Positions 1 to 13,110 of a stretch of 64,000 nt of DNA are shown here, piece by piece. How positions within the stretch are numbered: position 1 is the first letter of the stretch; the number at the start of each line of letters is the position of its first letter. The translations under genes were made by a program, and so were the position numbers. Source of the DNA: Eledone cirrhosa (taxonomy: Eukaryota); the NCBI GenBank assembly GCA_964016885.1, contig OZ024743.1:282410001-282474000 (forward strand), read 5' to 3'. The notes beneath the pieces were generated by a model. The model ran no database searches. It was not told the DNA's origin and saw only the letters and a program-made list of their open reading frames with translations.

Positions 1-530
1 GTGCAAGGTCTGAGGTGAAACCAGTGAGTTGGGAGTGCCTGAGCCGAGGAGGCATAGGACCAATCAGCTCTGAAGAGAATAGGTTACAGTAGTAGTAGCA
101 GAAAAGGTAAAAAGAGGAGCCAACATGCCTATGGACTAAGGGTTGGAGTGTGTTAGCAACTTCAAGTTAATCAGTTGACTGACCTTTCTTTAGATGTGGT
201 TTATGTCTATGAGCATGTAGCAGAAGTACTGTCCCAGATATGGGAGCAGTATTTCATTATAGACACAGCTGTGCTTTCTTAAGGGTTAATAATTGTTAGG
301 GGCTAAAGTATTTTCTGACTTAGAAGTGCAAGTCTTAGGTTTGTTGAAGTGCATACACCAAGAAAGGTCATCTTTGACAGCGAGGCCTAGCATTTGAAGC
401 AAATGAAGGAGGGTTCTAATTGCATGCTGTTTGTGTTTAAGTGAAGAGGTGATGGGAATGTTTTCGACATGTGCAGTTTATTTATTTTGCTAAAGACCAC
501 ATTGGATGATGTTTTCGAGGACAATGTTCA
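1..530 (-). mobile_element. Decayed CR1/Jockey-group LINE, C-terminal RT region fragment
   Basis: Minus-strand translation gives broken motifs LENIIQCG, IMKYCSHIWD and HRHVGSSFYLFCYYYCNLFSSEL, resembling the CR1-type post-RT motifs MEYCSHIW and HRR.VASL.LFYRYY...CSSEL; frameshifted and cut by the window edge. Confidence 0.55.
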
Positions 531-1799
531 TGTTTATATACAGATGAGAGAGAGAGAGAGAGAGAGAGATCTAGGTATAGTGGATCATGATGATCTCTAT
601 AGTTATGTAACTATCTCATATATATATATATATATGAGAGAGTTACATATATGTGTGTGTGTGTGTGAAGATACACATATGCATATATACAAATATACTA
701 GCTATATAGTAGCTATACGGAGTGACAGGGCGAGATGCAAGCAAACATTACAATTTTGTGTACGTGTGTCTGTCTTGCTGTCAGTTCCTGAGATTTCCGC
801 TCAGATATACACACACAAACTATGAACATGTACTTTTTCTCTCTCTCTCTAAACCGTTGTTATCGGCTTCTCTTTTCTTTTAAATTTGTCAGAACATTTA
901 CGAATACAGCAGTATGACAATTAAACTATACAGAGACGCATTCTTTTTTTATTAAAGACATTATTTTTTAAACATTCAATCAGCAATATCTATAGCTTAA
1001 ATAGGTTACAAATATATCACATATCGCAACTGTTAAAGTAACGATAGTTACATTTGTCCGAAAACATCGTCTATCATTATGGGCTTAGACCATCACCAGT
1101 GTGTGTGTGAATATACGACGATGCTACAACAGTTAATAATAAAAAAAAAACGTTTACCAAGAAGGGGAAAAATACAACACAAATATTTCAACTTTCCACA
1201 TGTGATTTTCAACGTATAGATGTTTCATTAATGTGATTATTAATCTGGTCAATTAGTATATTTCGAAGCAGTTAAAGAACGTAAATAATAAACAATCTAC
1301 TGTTTATATATATATATGTCGATTTTAGGTATAATGCATAGCTAGCTTACGTAATAAACGTTAAAATAATGTAATTATTTTGAATAGTGGAGGAAATGTA
1401 TTACTACTAATAGGATAGCGACATAGCAAAATACAAAAGTTACTACTAGTTGTGAGTGAGATTACACACAAAAAGACAATAGGCTACAATATTAATGAGG
1501 TAAATTGAATTGGATACAATAATTTAACAGAGAAGTATAGTAATATAAGAAAGTAATTGATATTTTCAGAGTAAATCGAAATAGTAAACAATTGGTAAAC
1601 ACTTCGCCAAATTTAAAGGAATACAACCAAGCAACTCATACATGCGTAAAACGTAAACAGTAATGGTAGTAAGCGCCAACACTAGATTTGAAGTATTTTC
1701 AGAAATTGGTTTTTACAGGATGCTTTTTTTTCTCTCTTCTTTTGAACTATATTTTATACAGTAGTTGTCCAATGTGTATAGTAAGTGAAAAATAATGTA

Positions 1800-1965
1800 A
1801 TAATAAATCGCGACATTTATTAGTCTAGCTCTAAGACTCACAATATAGTTAAATTGTTCTCCCGCCGGTTAATAGGTCTGAGGTTGAATGAAATAGGCTG
1901 CGCGCGCAGACACGCGTGCAGGGTATTGTGGGAGAAGCTTGATGGGTCTCCAGTCCGCCATGATG
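1800..1965 (+). promoter_or_regulatory. Probable core/proximal promoter of the EPC gene
   Basis: Local GC/CpG-rich patch in an AT-rich background 200-350 bp upstream of the EPC ATG; perfect palindrome CTGCGCGCGCAG (1898-1909, NRF1/Ewg-like), CACGCGTG (1911-1918), E2F-like TCTCCCGCC (1858-1866), CCGCCATG (1955-1962, YY1-like). TSS not determinable. Confidence 0.6.
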
Positions 1966-2176
1966 AAAGCAACTATTCCCTGCAAATATGATAAAAATAT
2001 ATGGATTACCGCAATACATATTGAAAACTGGAGTACTGATTTCACTGCTTAAATTTAATTCATGCTGCTGGATTCTACCATTTACTGTCTATTTTCACTC
2101 CTATCGTTCAGCTACCTTGATGTGGTAGCGAAGCTAGTTTTTGGACCATCTCATTAGCATATTTGGGGTCATCACG

Positions 2177-2329
2177 ATGAGTAAGGTGTCGTTCAGAGCT
2201 AGGGCTCTGGATTCCTCCAAGCCAATGCCCGTTTTTCGGGCGGAGGAAATTCCGGATTTACCGGATTTTGCAACCATTAATAGATCGGTACCACAAATGC
2301 CCACGGGGATGGAAAAGGAAGAAGAGTCG
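2177..2329 (+). CDS. EPC1: Enhancer of polycomb homolog (EPC1/EPC2, E(Pc); NuA4/TIP60 subunit), first coding exon, 51 codons
   Basis: Translates MSKVSFRARALDSSKPMPVFRAEEIPDLPDFATINRSVPQMPTGMEKEEES, the conserved EPcA N-terminus (SFRARALD, INR.VPQMPTGMEKEEES). Ends in phase 0 at a consensus donor TCG|GTAAGT (2330-2335). The track ORF 2141..2380 over-extends at both ends. Confidence 0.96.
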
Positions 2330-2549
2330 GTAAGTCTCGAACGCTCATTCCAACCTTTCTTTACAAAATGGCTGTCATGATGAAATAGGCGCTACTCATT
2401 CAAATATTCAAAATGCTATATAGAAGCCTCAGATTCTTGTTGAAATACTCTGAAAACACCCAGTTACTTTCATATATTGTAAAAAAAATATTGTTTCGTG
2501 TGGTTCTTTCTTGAAAAGTAGCATATTGTCTAAATTTTATTTACTGCCT

Positions 2550-2585
2550 GTCACGTGATAATGTTCAATGTGCGCCGCCATTTTG
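2550..2585. promoter_or_regulatory. E-box plus YY1/Pho consensus site in proximal intron 1
   Basis: GTCACGTGAT at 2550-2559 (USF/MiT-type E-box) and GCCGCCATTTTG at 2574-2585 (full YY1 consensus). Confidence 0.5.
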
Positions 2586-5500
2586 CTTTTAATTGAACTG
2601 CTCCCAATAGTGGATCGTGTGATGATCGATCGTACTGGATCTTAGATATGTTACTATATTAATACTGCCTCGTATTTTCTTCGCTATGTGTTTTTTTATG
2701 GGATCTGAAACACACATTACGTTTTTAAATATCATTTCTGTATTTCAATTTAATGATCCATTATAGTAACCGTTAATATTAATAAGGTGTTTCCCCGTTT
2801 CAGGGAATCCCCATGCCGTTCCACTCATGCGATCGCGTGTCTTGGAGGCGTCACTTATTGTGAACATATTTTGTTAATTAAAAATTATTTCTTCGGGTGA
2901 TATTCTTACAAAATGACACACCCTATTCTGTTGCATGAAACATTTTCGGAATAGTTTTTGAATTTCATTTAAAAAGTTTTGATGAAAACGAAACCAATTT
3001 TCGCCACACGGCTGGTTGGTATGTTAGTATTTAAAAAAACAGGAGTATATGTGGGACTGTCTTTGACAGTAGTCAGTTTACTTACAAAAAGGAAGTTATA
3101 TCTCTATAGAATTCGATCTTTGTTTATAAGTGACATTGTTGACAGTTATTGATTTAATTTTAGTTGTTTAAACATATATGTTGTTTGATCTGTCTAGCAG
3201 TGTAACTTATCCATAAAGTAAATAGCGTAACACGTGGTGTTAGCCTATTTGTTTACTACTCCGATGAAATGTCAAAATAATTTTTTTTCACTATTTGGAA
3301 ACAAAATATTTAAGAAATAACAACATTCATTAACACTTATTAAATATCTGTACATATCGCTTTATTTGTATTTAGAATGAATAAAGTGTATTTTCTCCGT
3401 TCTTCAAGTTTTAGTTTGAATAAGACCAGTTTGGTTTTTAATTTTGCAACAATTTTTTTTTTTCGATTCATAAATTTTAAAACATTCTTTATCACAATCG
3501 TAATATTATGAAACTTGTTTCATAATTCTTCTACTACGATTCTTTTTTTTTTTTTAACTTCTGATAATACTATTATGGAATAGAAATATGTGAGGGTTGG
3601 CTAGTAATTGATAAATGTGAATTTGCAATTTATTCAAGCAATATTTTTAAAACTCGATCCCTCTATTTTATGATATTATATATATACATAGGTACATTTT
3701 CAATCGAACATTAATTATTTCATATAAAAAATGACCCATTGTTTACAGAATTACATTTAATTTTCAATCATATGTTTGTTTTTCTTTATCCTATCGAAGA
3801 TATATATTTGACCCAAATATTTGCTCTCCTGCTGATGAATAAACACGATGTTTATATTGTTAAATTTAGTTATCATCTTTAAGATTTAAGTGATGACAAA
3901 TTTTAAAAACCAAATTAAACGAAATGATTAAGATTTATTTCAAAATTTCAAATTTCATAACGTTTTAAAACGATATGGATAACGAAACATTTGCCGAATT
4001 TAGTTCTGCTAAACTTACCGAAGAAATTAAGTACATTTTTCCGAGTGACACAGAAAACGAAAGTACAGTGTGTGAACACATTTCTTTGACAAAATGTTAT
4101 TTTTACTTATTACATTCACCTTTCTTTTTACATTTTATTATGTGTATTGAAAAATAATCTTACTCTTTTATGATTTATGCGTTATTTAAGTTATTAATTG
4201 ATGTTTTATAATAATAAGAGGTATTGACAATTCTTCAGAGAAATAGGTTGAATATTTTGTAGTCTTCACAATACAGACAAATATAAGTTCGGTCAACAGG
4301 TTCCATCAATAATCGAGCTGATCTGTCAATAGTATGGGGCATTAGTTTGCGATTAGGTTTCGATTTCAGATCGAAGCCAATTCACTAAAATTATAAACCG
4401 GTGTTTTTGGGGTGGGTGGGTGGGTAAGAACAAATGTCACAACAACCCATTACTCTCTTTTTGTAAATAGGATACGTTCCGTATTCAAATTTCTCTTGAA
4501 TGAACTTTAACTTGCATTTATCTGCCTGTTGTTGTTTTACCCTAGGTCGATCTTTGGCTGCTATTTCTAGCAAGTCCAATGACCATATAAAGATCTTTCG
4601 TTGGTCAATTAGTATAAGTACTAATAATTTACTTCTCAGTATATTACTGGTATATACTTTTAAACGACAAATTGGCTTTGTGCCAACATAAATCAATATT
4701 GATGGAACTATGTCAATAACCTGAGTACTAGTAATTTAATTGGGTTATTTTTGTCCACTGTGCTTACAGTTTAAAGAAATTTTTGCAGGTCTATTGTTTA
4801 TATTCTTGAGAAAGGCATGCATTTCACATCATTTCACTTACCACCGCCTCGTAAACTTAGAGCTTTTTATCGAAGTCAGTATTTTTGGATACGGCGCCGA
4901 ATGGACGTGGGTAAGATAATAGAGAATCACAATGTTTAGTTTCGCCTCTGAGTTCAAATCATGGCATTACTGTTTACTCTTCAGATGTTTAACCTCAAAT
5001 CACACTTAATCAAGCAGAGTTTTAATAATAGGCATTCCAACCGTGACCATCGTGTCTATTTTTTTTTCTTTCAGGTATTATGTATCTAGGACTACGTTAT
5101 CCAATGTGTCTTTCTTTAACGCAATAGGGAAATTTGGTACTATTTCCAACAGGTTCAATTTCTTTGGTGTTTGTTGTTTAACTCTCGACCAGTCATGATC
5201 GAATAGACAGACCTATGATTAAAAACATTCCAGCCATGACCATCACGTCATTTTAGGAGCATCTAGAATGACATTCATTATCCAATGTGCTCTTTCCATA
5301 TTTCAGGCAGTAATATGCGATTTGAGGTGAATGCGACTGATTTTTCTAGCATGTCGAGCGACCTCGTAGAGGCACCCACTGATGCTTTACAACATTTTGT
5401 CCTTTATCTAAAAAAAAAAAAAAAAAAAAAAATCAATATTTGTTGGCATGTAATTAAAAGCTTAAATTAGCAACAACAACAATTACAACAAAGTTCATTT

Positions 5501-6991
5501 ATCTCATTAAAGTAACTGGAAAGTAAATGAACATCTTGCTGATTCAACATTTAAAAAAAAAAGATATTACTTTTTAACTCATATTTGTAAATGTTCAGTA
5601 TGTATTGATAATCAAAGATTTAAATTTAAAAAAAAATGTTATTATTCATTATCTTATAATTTTGTTCTTTCATGCACGAAAAAAAAAAAAAAAGAAAAGA
5701 ATGAAATAACAGTGATTATTTGCTCTGTATATATTTACTACTTCTCTGAAAATAATCAAAATCAATGAAAACTAATTAACAACTTATGTTTTGTCTTGTG
5801 TGTACAGAATGTGCAGCTTACTGTTGAATGAAAATTTTCCTTTATTTGTTTTCTTCCTGTTGCTTTCGTTATTCTATTTTTGATAGTGATGTTCAATCAA
5901 CAAAATGAAAAATAAATAAAATTACAATCTGTGATTAAAATTTGCAATGTTGATTATCGAAAAGCTGTTTAACTTAGTAAAATTATAAGATAAGCATATC
6001 AGTATACTTCTAGTGTTATTAATTAGTTATTCATTAGTATACTAATGCAGTTTTTAATCTGTTAAAAAGCCTAAACCACTACTTTTTTTTACCTTTTTGA
6101 ATTATTATATCTATTCTTTTTTGTATTGTTACAAAAACTTTATATTAGCTGATCATCATCATCATCATCATCATTTATGATCATCATCATCATTTATGTC
6201 CATTTTTCATGCTGGCATAAAATAAGTACTACTTATGTACTGGTGCTCCCCTCCCCTCTCAAAACAATTGTAGTGTTGTGGGATGTTAAACATCATTTTT
6301 TGGCCTTGTGCCTATGCTTGAAACTAATAAAATTATTAGCGAGTTCAACCCCCTCTTAAGCCAGATTTCTTTCGTCCCTCTGGGTTATGAAATACCAGTT
6401 AAATACTGTGGTCGATTTAATCGACTTTTCCCTCTCCAAATTTCTGGCTTTGTGTCTAAATTAGAAACCATTATTATTATTGGTTGATTAAATTCCCGTC
6501 AAGTTCAACTCTGTCATATATTTGGGGTTTATAAAATGAAGTACCAGTTAAGTACTGTGTCGAGTTAATCGGCTTTTACGCTTCCCTAATTACTGGCCTT
6601 GTGCCTAAAGTAGAAATCATTATTATTGGATCATTGTCTGATTCCTTAGACCGCCAGACAAAATGCCTTGCGGTATTTATTCCCGCTCCTTACGTTCTGA
6701 GTTTAAATCCCGCCAAGGTCAACTTTGTCTTTTAGGGGTCGATAAAATAAAATGTCAATCAAGTACCCGGGCCGATATAATTGGCTAACCCACCCTCCAA
6801 ATTTGTGACCTTGTGCTTATTTTAGAAATTAATCATTATATAACTGAGACAGTTTTGTCCCATTTGGCTTTGTGTTCTCCACTGATGATGTTGATTCAAC
6901 TATCAATGTTGTTTGCAAACTTGGTGTTATGCTTAATTTGAGGAACTTCTTATTCTTCTTAGTTAGGTTATATTATAACTAATATTAGTGA

Positions 6992-7202
6992 GGGCGGTGG
7001 ATTGGCAATATCGGTAGAGGGTCGGACGCCATGCTTTGCAGCATAGAGTTACGGTCCTTTACAGTCTGAGTTCAAATCCCGCCGAGGTTAACTTTGCCTT
7101 TCATCCTTACGGGGTCGATAAAATAAAGCACCAGTAACGTACTGAGGTCGATTTAATCCATTTTCCCCTCCCCCAAAATTGCTGGCCTTGTGCCTATATA
7201 GA
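6992..7202 (+). mobile_element. tRNA-derived SINE, family A, long form
   Basis: Head GGGCGGTGGATTGGCAATATCGGTAG (A-box-like), B box GAGTTCAAATCC, core CTTTGCCTTTCATCCTTACGGGGTCGATAAAATAAAG, tail AATTGCTGGCCTTGTGCC; repeated many times in the window. Older diverged copies lie at ~6200-6830. Confidence 0.85.
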
Positions 7203-7434
7203 TTTGTAATCTATGCATTTTATAAGACGGTTCTTTTTTTTTATTTTCCTTTAACATTTTCAAGTACCAGTTTTCTTTTCATTGTAAAAATAATGAACAA
7301 TTTCAATAAGCCAAAGATAATTATCTGATGAATTTTATAGTATACCTTATATACTTGTAGATAAGTCGCAATTTTTTACTTAAACAAACAAACAACAAAA
7401 GTACATCATCTTGCTTTGGGTTTGAAACATTAAA

Positions 7435-7538
7435 TAATTGTTTCTACTTTTGGCACAAGGCCAGCAATTATTTCAGTATATTACTGGTACTTTATTTTAT
7501 CGACCCCGTAAGGATGAAAGGCAAAGTTAACCTCGGCG
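7435..7538 (-). mobile_element. SINE family A, 5'-truncated copy
   Basis: Reverse complement of the SINE core and tail (TAATTGTTTCTACTTTTGGCACAAGGCCAGC...CGACCCCGTAAGGATGAAAGGCAAAG). Confidence 0.8.
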
Positions 7539-9604
7539 ACAAAATATAAACAAAGGGGTGTGTGTGACTTTACACAAGTATATATGGTATATTGGATTTT
7601 AAAACAAAACTAATTTAAACTTCTTTTTATTGGAATTTCAATCTAATTTGTGTTTATAATGTTCATTAGCGAGCTATATGTTTTAGTTCTTTGAATCAGC
7701 TGCCAATGTTAACCTAGAAATTTTTCTTCTGAAATCCTTTGTTCATTTTGATACAATTAGATAATTTCGTTTTCATAACTATCTACTATTAAGAGGATAA
7801 ACATTCTGTGATATCAATATACATATTTTTTTTAAATTAAAAGATAAAATCACATTAATAGTTGAAACTAATACAACTTAAAAGATGAAAGAATCTAGCA
7901 TATTTTTGTATAAATCTGATAATTCAAAGATCTATTTGTTATGCTCTTAAGATGAGGAGATATAGATTTTAATAACCATTGTTTCCTTTTTCCTTTTATG
8001 TGTTTGCTGATATCCATAAATTTTACAGTGTTTCTAGATAAAACATTTCCCCCTAGCTGGCAGTTGTTAGCAAAGCTATTGCATCTATGGCCATAGATAT
8101 TGCTTCTGATGCCATAGCTATTGCTTCTAGGGCATTCATCTGCAAAACACCTACTATAGCAACCATGGGATTATTTGAATTTTCTACACCATTCAAATTG
8201 TGATGTGTGGGAGTTAAAGAAAAAAAAATGTTTTTTTGGGATTCAGGATATGCCAATAAAATTGAAATAATGTTTTTCATTAGAAATACACTCTAGCTCA
8301 ATGGAGAATTTTGAGGGATTTTCTAAAATTATTAATTATTTCTTTACTAAGAACGTAACTTAGCATATGGTTCTTATATAAAATTATGTTGAAAGATTTT
8401 AATTTAAATAGGAACTCTTTAAAATGGGTGGGCTTTTTTCATAGAACCAAACCCAGTTTTGGTTGAGTTGATGTCAAAAGTAGTGTGTATACTTGTATAT
8501 GAGTAAAGCTGCAACTTATCTACAGGACCTACAAAATCTCAATTCATTGTAAATATTGTATGTAAAATGGTGGTGTAACTTATCTACTAGTACAACTTAT
8601 TCACATGTATATACAGTAATCTATCCACTGTAGTGTATGAGAGATGGCCCTTTTATACTGTGATTTCATACTCTTGAAAACTAAATCAATAAAGAGTGGA
8701 CTGATGATAACTTGTAAAGGATTAATCCTTTTGTCACCATATTGCTACTGAAAGACACTCTATGATTTTAAAATAATCAAGAATCTGGAGAGATTTAGTA
8801 ATATAATTAACTTTCTCATTATGTATCTGCTGTATGGAACATAATTTAACAAAAGCTCTTAGATAAAAGTACGATGGAATGTTTTTTTTTAGATATAAAC
8901 ACATCAAAGTAAACAGCTTTGTAGAACTAGGTGTGGTTTGGTATCAGAATGGTGAACTCTTTCTTTATCCTATTTCATTACCTATGATTTTCAAATAATT
9001 TTGAAAATGTACTTTCTTATTATTTATCTAGTATTTTGAACAACTTAACAAAAAGGCTCTTACATAATATGGAAGGTTTTCAGATAAATATAAACACTTG
9101 TATCATAGAACCAAGGTTAGTTTCAGGCAGTTTTGTATGAAAGAAAACAGGAATCAAATAGTAATGTTGAAAACAAAAGAGAAACTGACTGCCTTCATGT
9201 ATAAAAATCATGGGAAATGGAGGATTAGGTAACTAGTATATCTAACCAATTAAATTGTTTGCTTTACTCTTTACTGGATGGCAATTATTTAATCTGTTCA
9301 ATTATCACAAACAAATAAATCTCTAATGTGCTGTTGTTGGTATTATTAGACATTAGTAAAAATGTTACAGTGTATTAATAGAAAGGACTTAGAACAACAC
9401 AATGCTGTTGTAAGCTGCTCATACACAAATGGATCAGAGTTATATATATAGTAAATCGTGAAAATGAGCTACATTCAGTGTTTCAATCTTGATATCATTC
9501 ACACTGCCCACCTCCTCTAATATACGTACATATGCATGTGTGTGTGTATATATATATATATACGTACATATATATACATATATATATATATACGTACATA
9601 TGCA

Positions 9605-9655
<51 letters not shown>

Positions 9656-9845
9656 ACCAAGTACTTAAATGGAACCCACAGGGAAGCAGACGGAGAGGGC
9701 GACCCAAAATGAACTGGCGCCAGACATTTGAGAGGGACCTGCGAGTGACAAACAGACAATGGCAGGATGCTGTGCAACTGGCTGCTGACCGAACGCGGGG
9801 GAACACTGTGATTGCCTCATGCGTCGCAAGACGCGGGAGCGTCTG
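9656..9845 (+). mobile_element. RTE-group LINE extreme 3' coding fragment
   Basis: QVLKWNPQGSRRRGRPKMNWRQTFERDL...QLAADRTR is the typical RTE-group C-terminal RGRP-W motif; directly abuts a (TA/TG)n tract. Confidence 0.75.
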
Positions 9846-10130
9846 AGTCTGAGTGTGTGTAGCCCTATTGACAGAGTCATCAGAATATCAGATAGAGTGC
9901 CTTGTATTTATTCCACCTCCCTGCACTCTGAGTTTAAACTCTTTTAGAGGGTAACATTTTTCTTCTTACTTTATTTCTTTTTTTACTCTCTTCTTTCTCT
10001 TTGAAAGAAATTGACTGTGGTTAAATCTGAAGAGGTATGGACTATCAGGTTGAAAAATGGTCAATATACAGTATATATCAATGATAGCATACTTATAACT
10101 CCACCAGGAGTTAAAGGCTCAATAAATAAA

Positions 10131-10198
<68 letters not shown>

Positions 10199-10830
10199 CT
10201 ACTTTCCCTTACCTCCTCCTCCCTCTTCTATACACCTCCCATGCCCTAACACTCTACCCACATCATAACACCCCACCCTCCATCCACACACCCCAATAGA
10301 TCTACTTCTCCAATCCTTCATGTACATTAAATCATGTTTCTAATGTGTTGAATATCAAAGCTATAAACATCAATTGTGATCCTAAACTTACAGAGTAGCT
10401 GGGTTGGATGTTCTAACCATTCTACCCTGTTGCTCTTGATCCACTGTAGGATGAAGCTTCAGCAACTATGCTGGTTTTAAGCCTACCTGTCTACATTAGA
10501 CAAATGGAAAATATGAATTCAGAATGCAAAGAGACCTAAAAGATACTGCAAAGAATCTCCAATGCTCTAAAACCTCTGCCAATCCACCCTCTTGGGCTGA
10601 CATTTTATTTATCGACCCCAAAAGAATGAAAAGTAAAGTTGACATGAGATTTAAACTCAGAGTGCTAAGAGCTAGAACAAATACTGCAAAGAATTTAATC
10701 AATGTTCTAATGATTCTGTCAATTCTCCACGTTCTAACTATATGGATGTTTAAATCTACTACCAGCAGCTGTAGACAGCTTCATTGGATATAGTATATAT
10801 ATATATAAAATTATAAGTTTTAAGAATAGT

Positions 10831-11092
10831 CAGTCAAAATTTATCCAATTTTTTCTTCTTAGTCTGTAGAAATTAACTATATAAATAATCATTTAAATGG
10901 AGTTAAGTTTAAAATGTAACTTTGAAGAAATAACAGATAAATGTTATCGATATTCCTTTATGAGGAACAGTCAGATAAAATTTACCTAATCTTTCCTCTT
11001 AATTTACTCGAAATTAACTAGACAAATAATCATTTAAATGGAGCTAAGTCTAAAATATGTAAGTTTGAAGAAAAAAATAGATAAACATTACC
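10831..11092. repeat. Diverged tandem duplication, unit ~135-140 bp
   Basis: GAAATTAACTA..AAATAATCATTTAAATGGAG.TAAGT.TAAAAT...TTTGAAGAAA...AGATAAA occurs at ~10869-10948 and ~11010-11092. Confidence 0.7.
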
Positions 11093-12075
11093 AACACTTC
11101 TCCCAGTCCTGACTACCAATAGTTTCGCTCGTACTTTGTGGAAATGTCTAATCGTTGCATTATTCATGAGGCTTAGAGCTTTTCAGTGTGTGCATGTGTC
11201 ATCATTTAATGTACATTTTTCCATGCTGGCATGGGTTGGATGGGTTGATGGCTCACATCTCGCTTACATACTTTCTGGTTTTGGCATGGTTTCTACAGCC
11301 GGATGTCCTTCCTAACACCAACCACTTTACAGAATGTACTGAGTGCATTTTATCATGGCTCCTGCATTAGGGAGGTTGTCGTGTCCTTGACACAACTGAA
11401 TAGTCCTACCAACTCTTTGGCATGCTTTTATGGTTGGACATCCTTTTCAATACTCACCACCTTGCAGAGTGTATTGGGTGCATTTTGTCATAACACCAGC
11501 ACTAGGGAGGTTGTGGCCTTGACACAACTGAAGAGACACCTTCACTCTTTGTTTGGTAGGTTTTCTAAGGCTGAGTTGTTAACACCAGCTGGATATCAAT
11601 ATATATTGTTATATTGTTTTGATTGACTGATCATGTAATCATTACATAGGGTTAAAACTAATAATGATGAGAAGGCTACAGATGGATAAATGTAATATTT
11701 TCATTATCTTTTGTAATTTCTATTCTCTGTTATTGTAGGATCAATTTGTACAAGGAGAAATAGCTGCTAGGTAGTTAGCAATAATGGTATTAATGATGGT
11801 GAATCATTTTTTAATAAGTAACAGGAATAAATTCATTGCGTTAAGAAACCATCCTGTGATGACACTCAACATTTTCCTTATATTTTATTAAGAGTGTGAA
11901 TTTAATTAATATCATCATAGCACATCACAGGAGTAATTTTTTGGTTTGTTTTGCACTGCAGAGAAAATGAATTTTAATTGATCTAATTTTGAAAATGACT
12001 TGCTAATAAATACTGTCATATAATTTGTAATAAGTTGTTATACAACTAACTATAACATAGTTGTATAATGTATAT

Positions 12076-12213
12076 AATTGTTTCTACTTTTGGCACAAGG
12101 TCAGTAATTATCCCAGTGTATTACTGGTACTTTATTTTATCGACCCCGTAAGGATGAAAGGCAAAGTTAATCTCGGCAGGATTTGAACTCAGACCATAAA
12201 GGGCCGTAACTCT
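12076..12213 (-). mobile_element. SINE family A, short form, 5'-truncated
   Basis: Reverse complement of tail, core and B box (GGATTTGAACTCAGA). Confidence 0.8.
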
Positions 12214-12939
12214 ATAATGTATATCATACTTGGAACACAAAATAATTTCAGTTTTTGTTTAGAATATCATTTCATATAGTTCAGTCAACAAGTGATGTGG
12301 AACCAGTATAATTCATCATATATAATCTCATATAATTTCTTATTCAAGGTTTTTACAGCATGTTGATATCATTTAAAGAAAGTAGAACTTCTGTAGGAGT
12401 TAAAATCTTTATGTAGCAAATGAGTTATTAAATACGTTTCTGTGTTCTTTACATTGTTTTCCTATTTCTTTTCCAATTGGAAAGAGGTGAATCTTAGAAT
12501 AGACGAAAATGGAAGTAAGATTGAAGCTATTGATCATATTTAAAACTGTTCTAGAGCTATCATGACTGTGGAGAGAATACAGTAAGAATAAGCCTGTCAG
12601 TAGATGTCTTGAAAAGTCAATGGCATTTGTAGATAAATGCACTGTGTGTGTGTGTGTATGTCTGTGATGGAGAGAACATTGCATTTGATAATAGAAATGT
12701 TGTGATGTTTTAGTATTGGTTTTACTTTAGTTTATAGATTTTAGAAGAAATGCTACTTCTTTGCTTAGATATGTTACTTTTGACTACAAATTTCAATAAC
12801 ATTTTCTTTTGAGAAAGAAGTTCCATGAGTAGATTAAATTTAAATTAGAGTGTGACTAATCTTTTAAATGTTTTTTTTAAATTTTTATTTAAGTATAATT
12901 TTTCAACAAATTAAAATTTACATTTAAAGTTATAAGATA

Positions 12940-13110
12940 GGTGCAGTCATGGCCATGTAGTTAAAAAGCTTGCTTCGTAACCATAGGATTACAAGTTCAA
13001 TCATTCTGCATGGCACCTTGGACAAGTGTCTTCTACGAAAGCCTCAGAATGCTTTGGGAGTGAAATTGGTAAATGGAAACAGTGCAGTAAACATATTCTG
13101 TATGTGTATC
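12940..13110 (+). mobile_element. tRNA-head CORE-type SINE, family B, diverged
   Basis: TGGCCATGTAGTTAAAAAGCTTGCTTC...AGTTCAATC...GGCACCTTGGACAAGTGTCTTCTAC (CORE-like CCTTGGGCAAGT); related copies at ~16895-17120 (+), ~32545-32640 (-) and ~37750-37907 (-). Confidence 0.6.

Noticed and set aside
469-825. 118-aa ORF and similar ORFs rich in YI, RE, SL, CV or HT dipeptides (e.g. 9495-9880, 32069-32374, 38421-38936, 44368-44805)
   Set aside because: Frames are kept open by (TA)n, (GA)n, (CT)n and (TG)n microsatellites; no protein signal.
2141-2380. 79-aa ORF as a complete small protein
   Set aside because: Begins at a TTG and reads through the splice donor at 2330; only 2177-2329 matches EPC.
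6992-7090. tRNA gene (A and B boxes present)
   Set aside because: No cloverleaf; continues into a SINE body repeated many times in the window.
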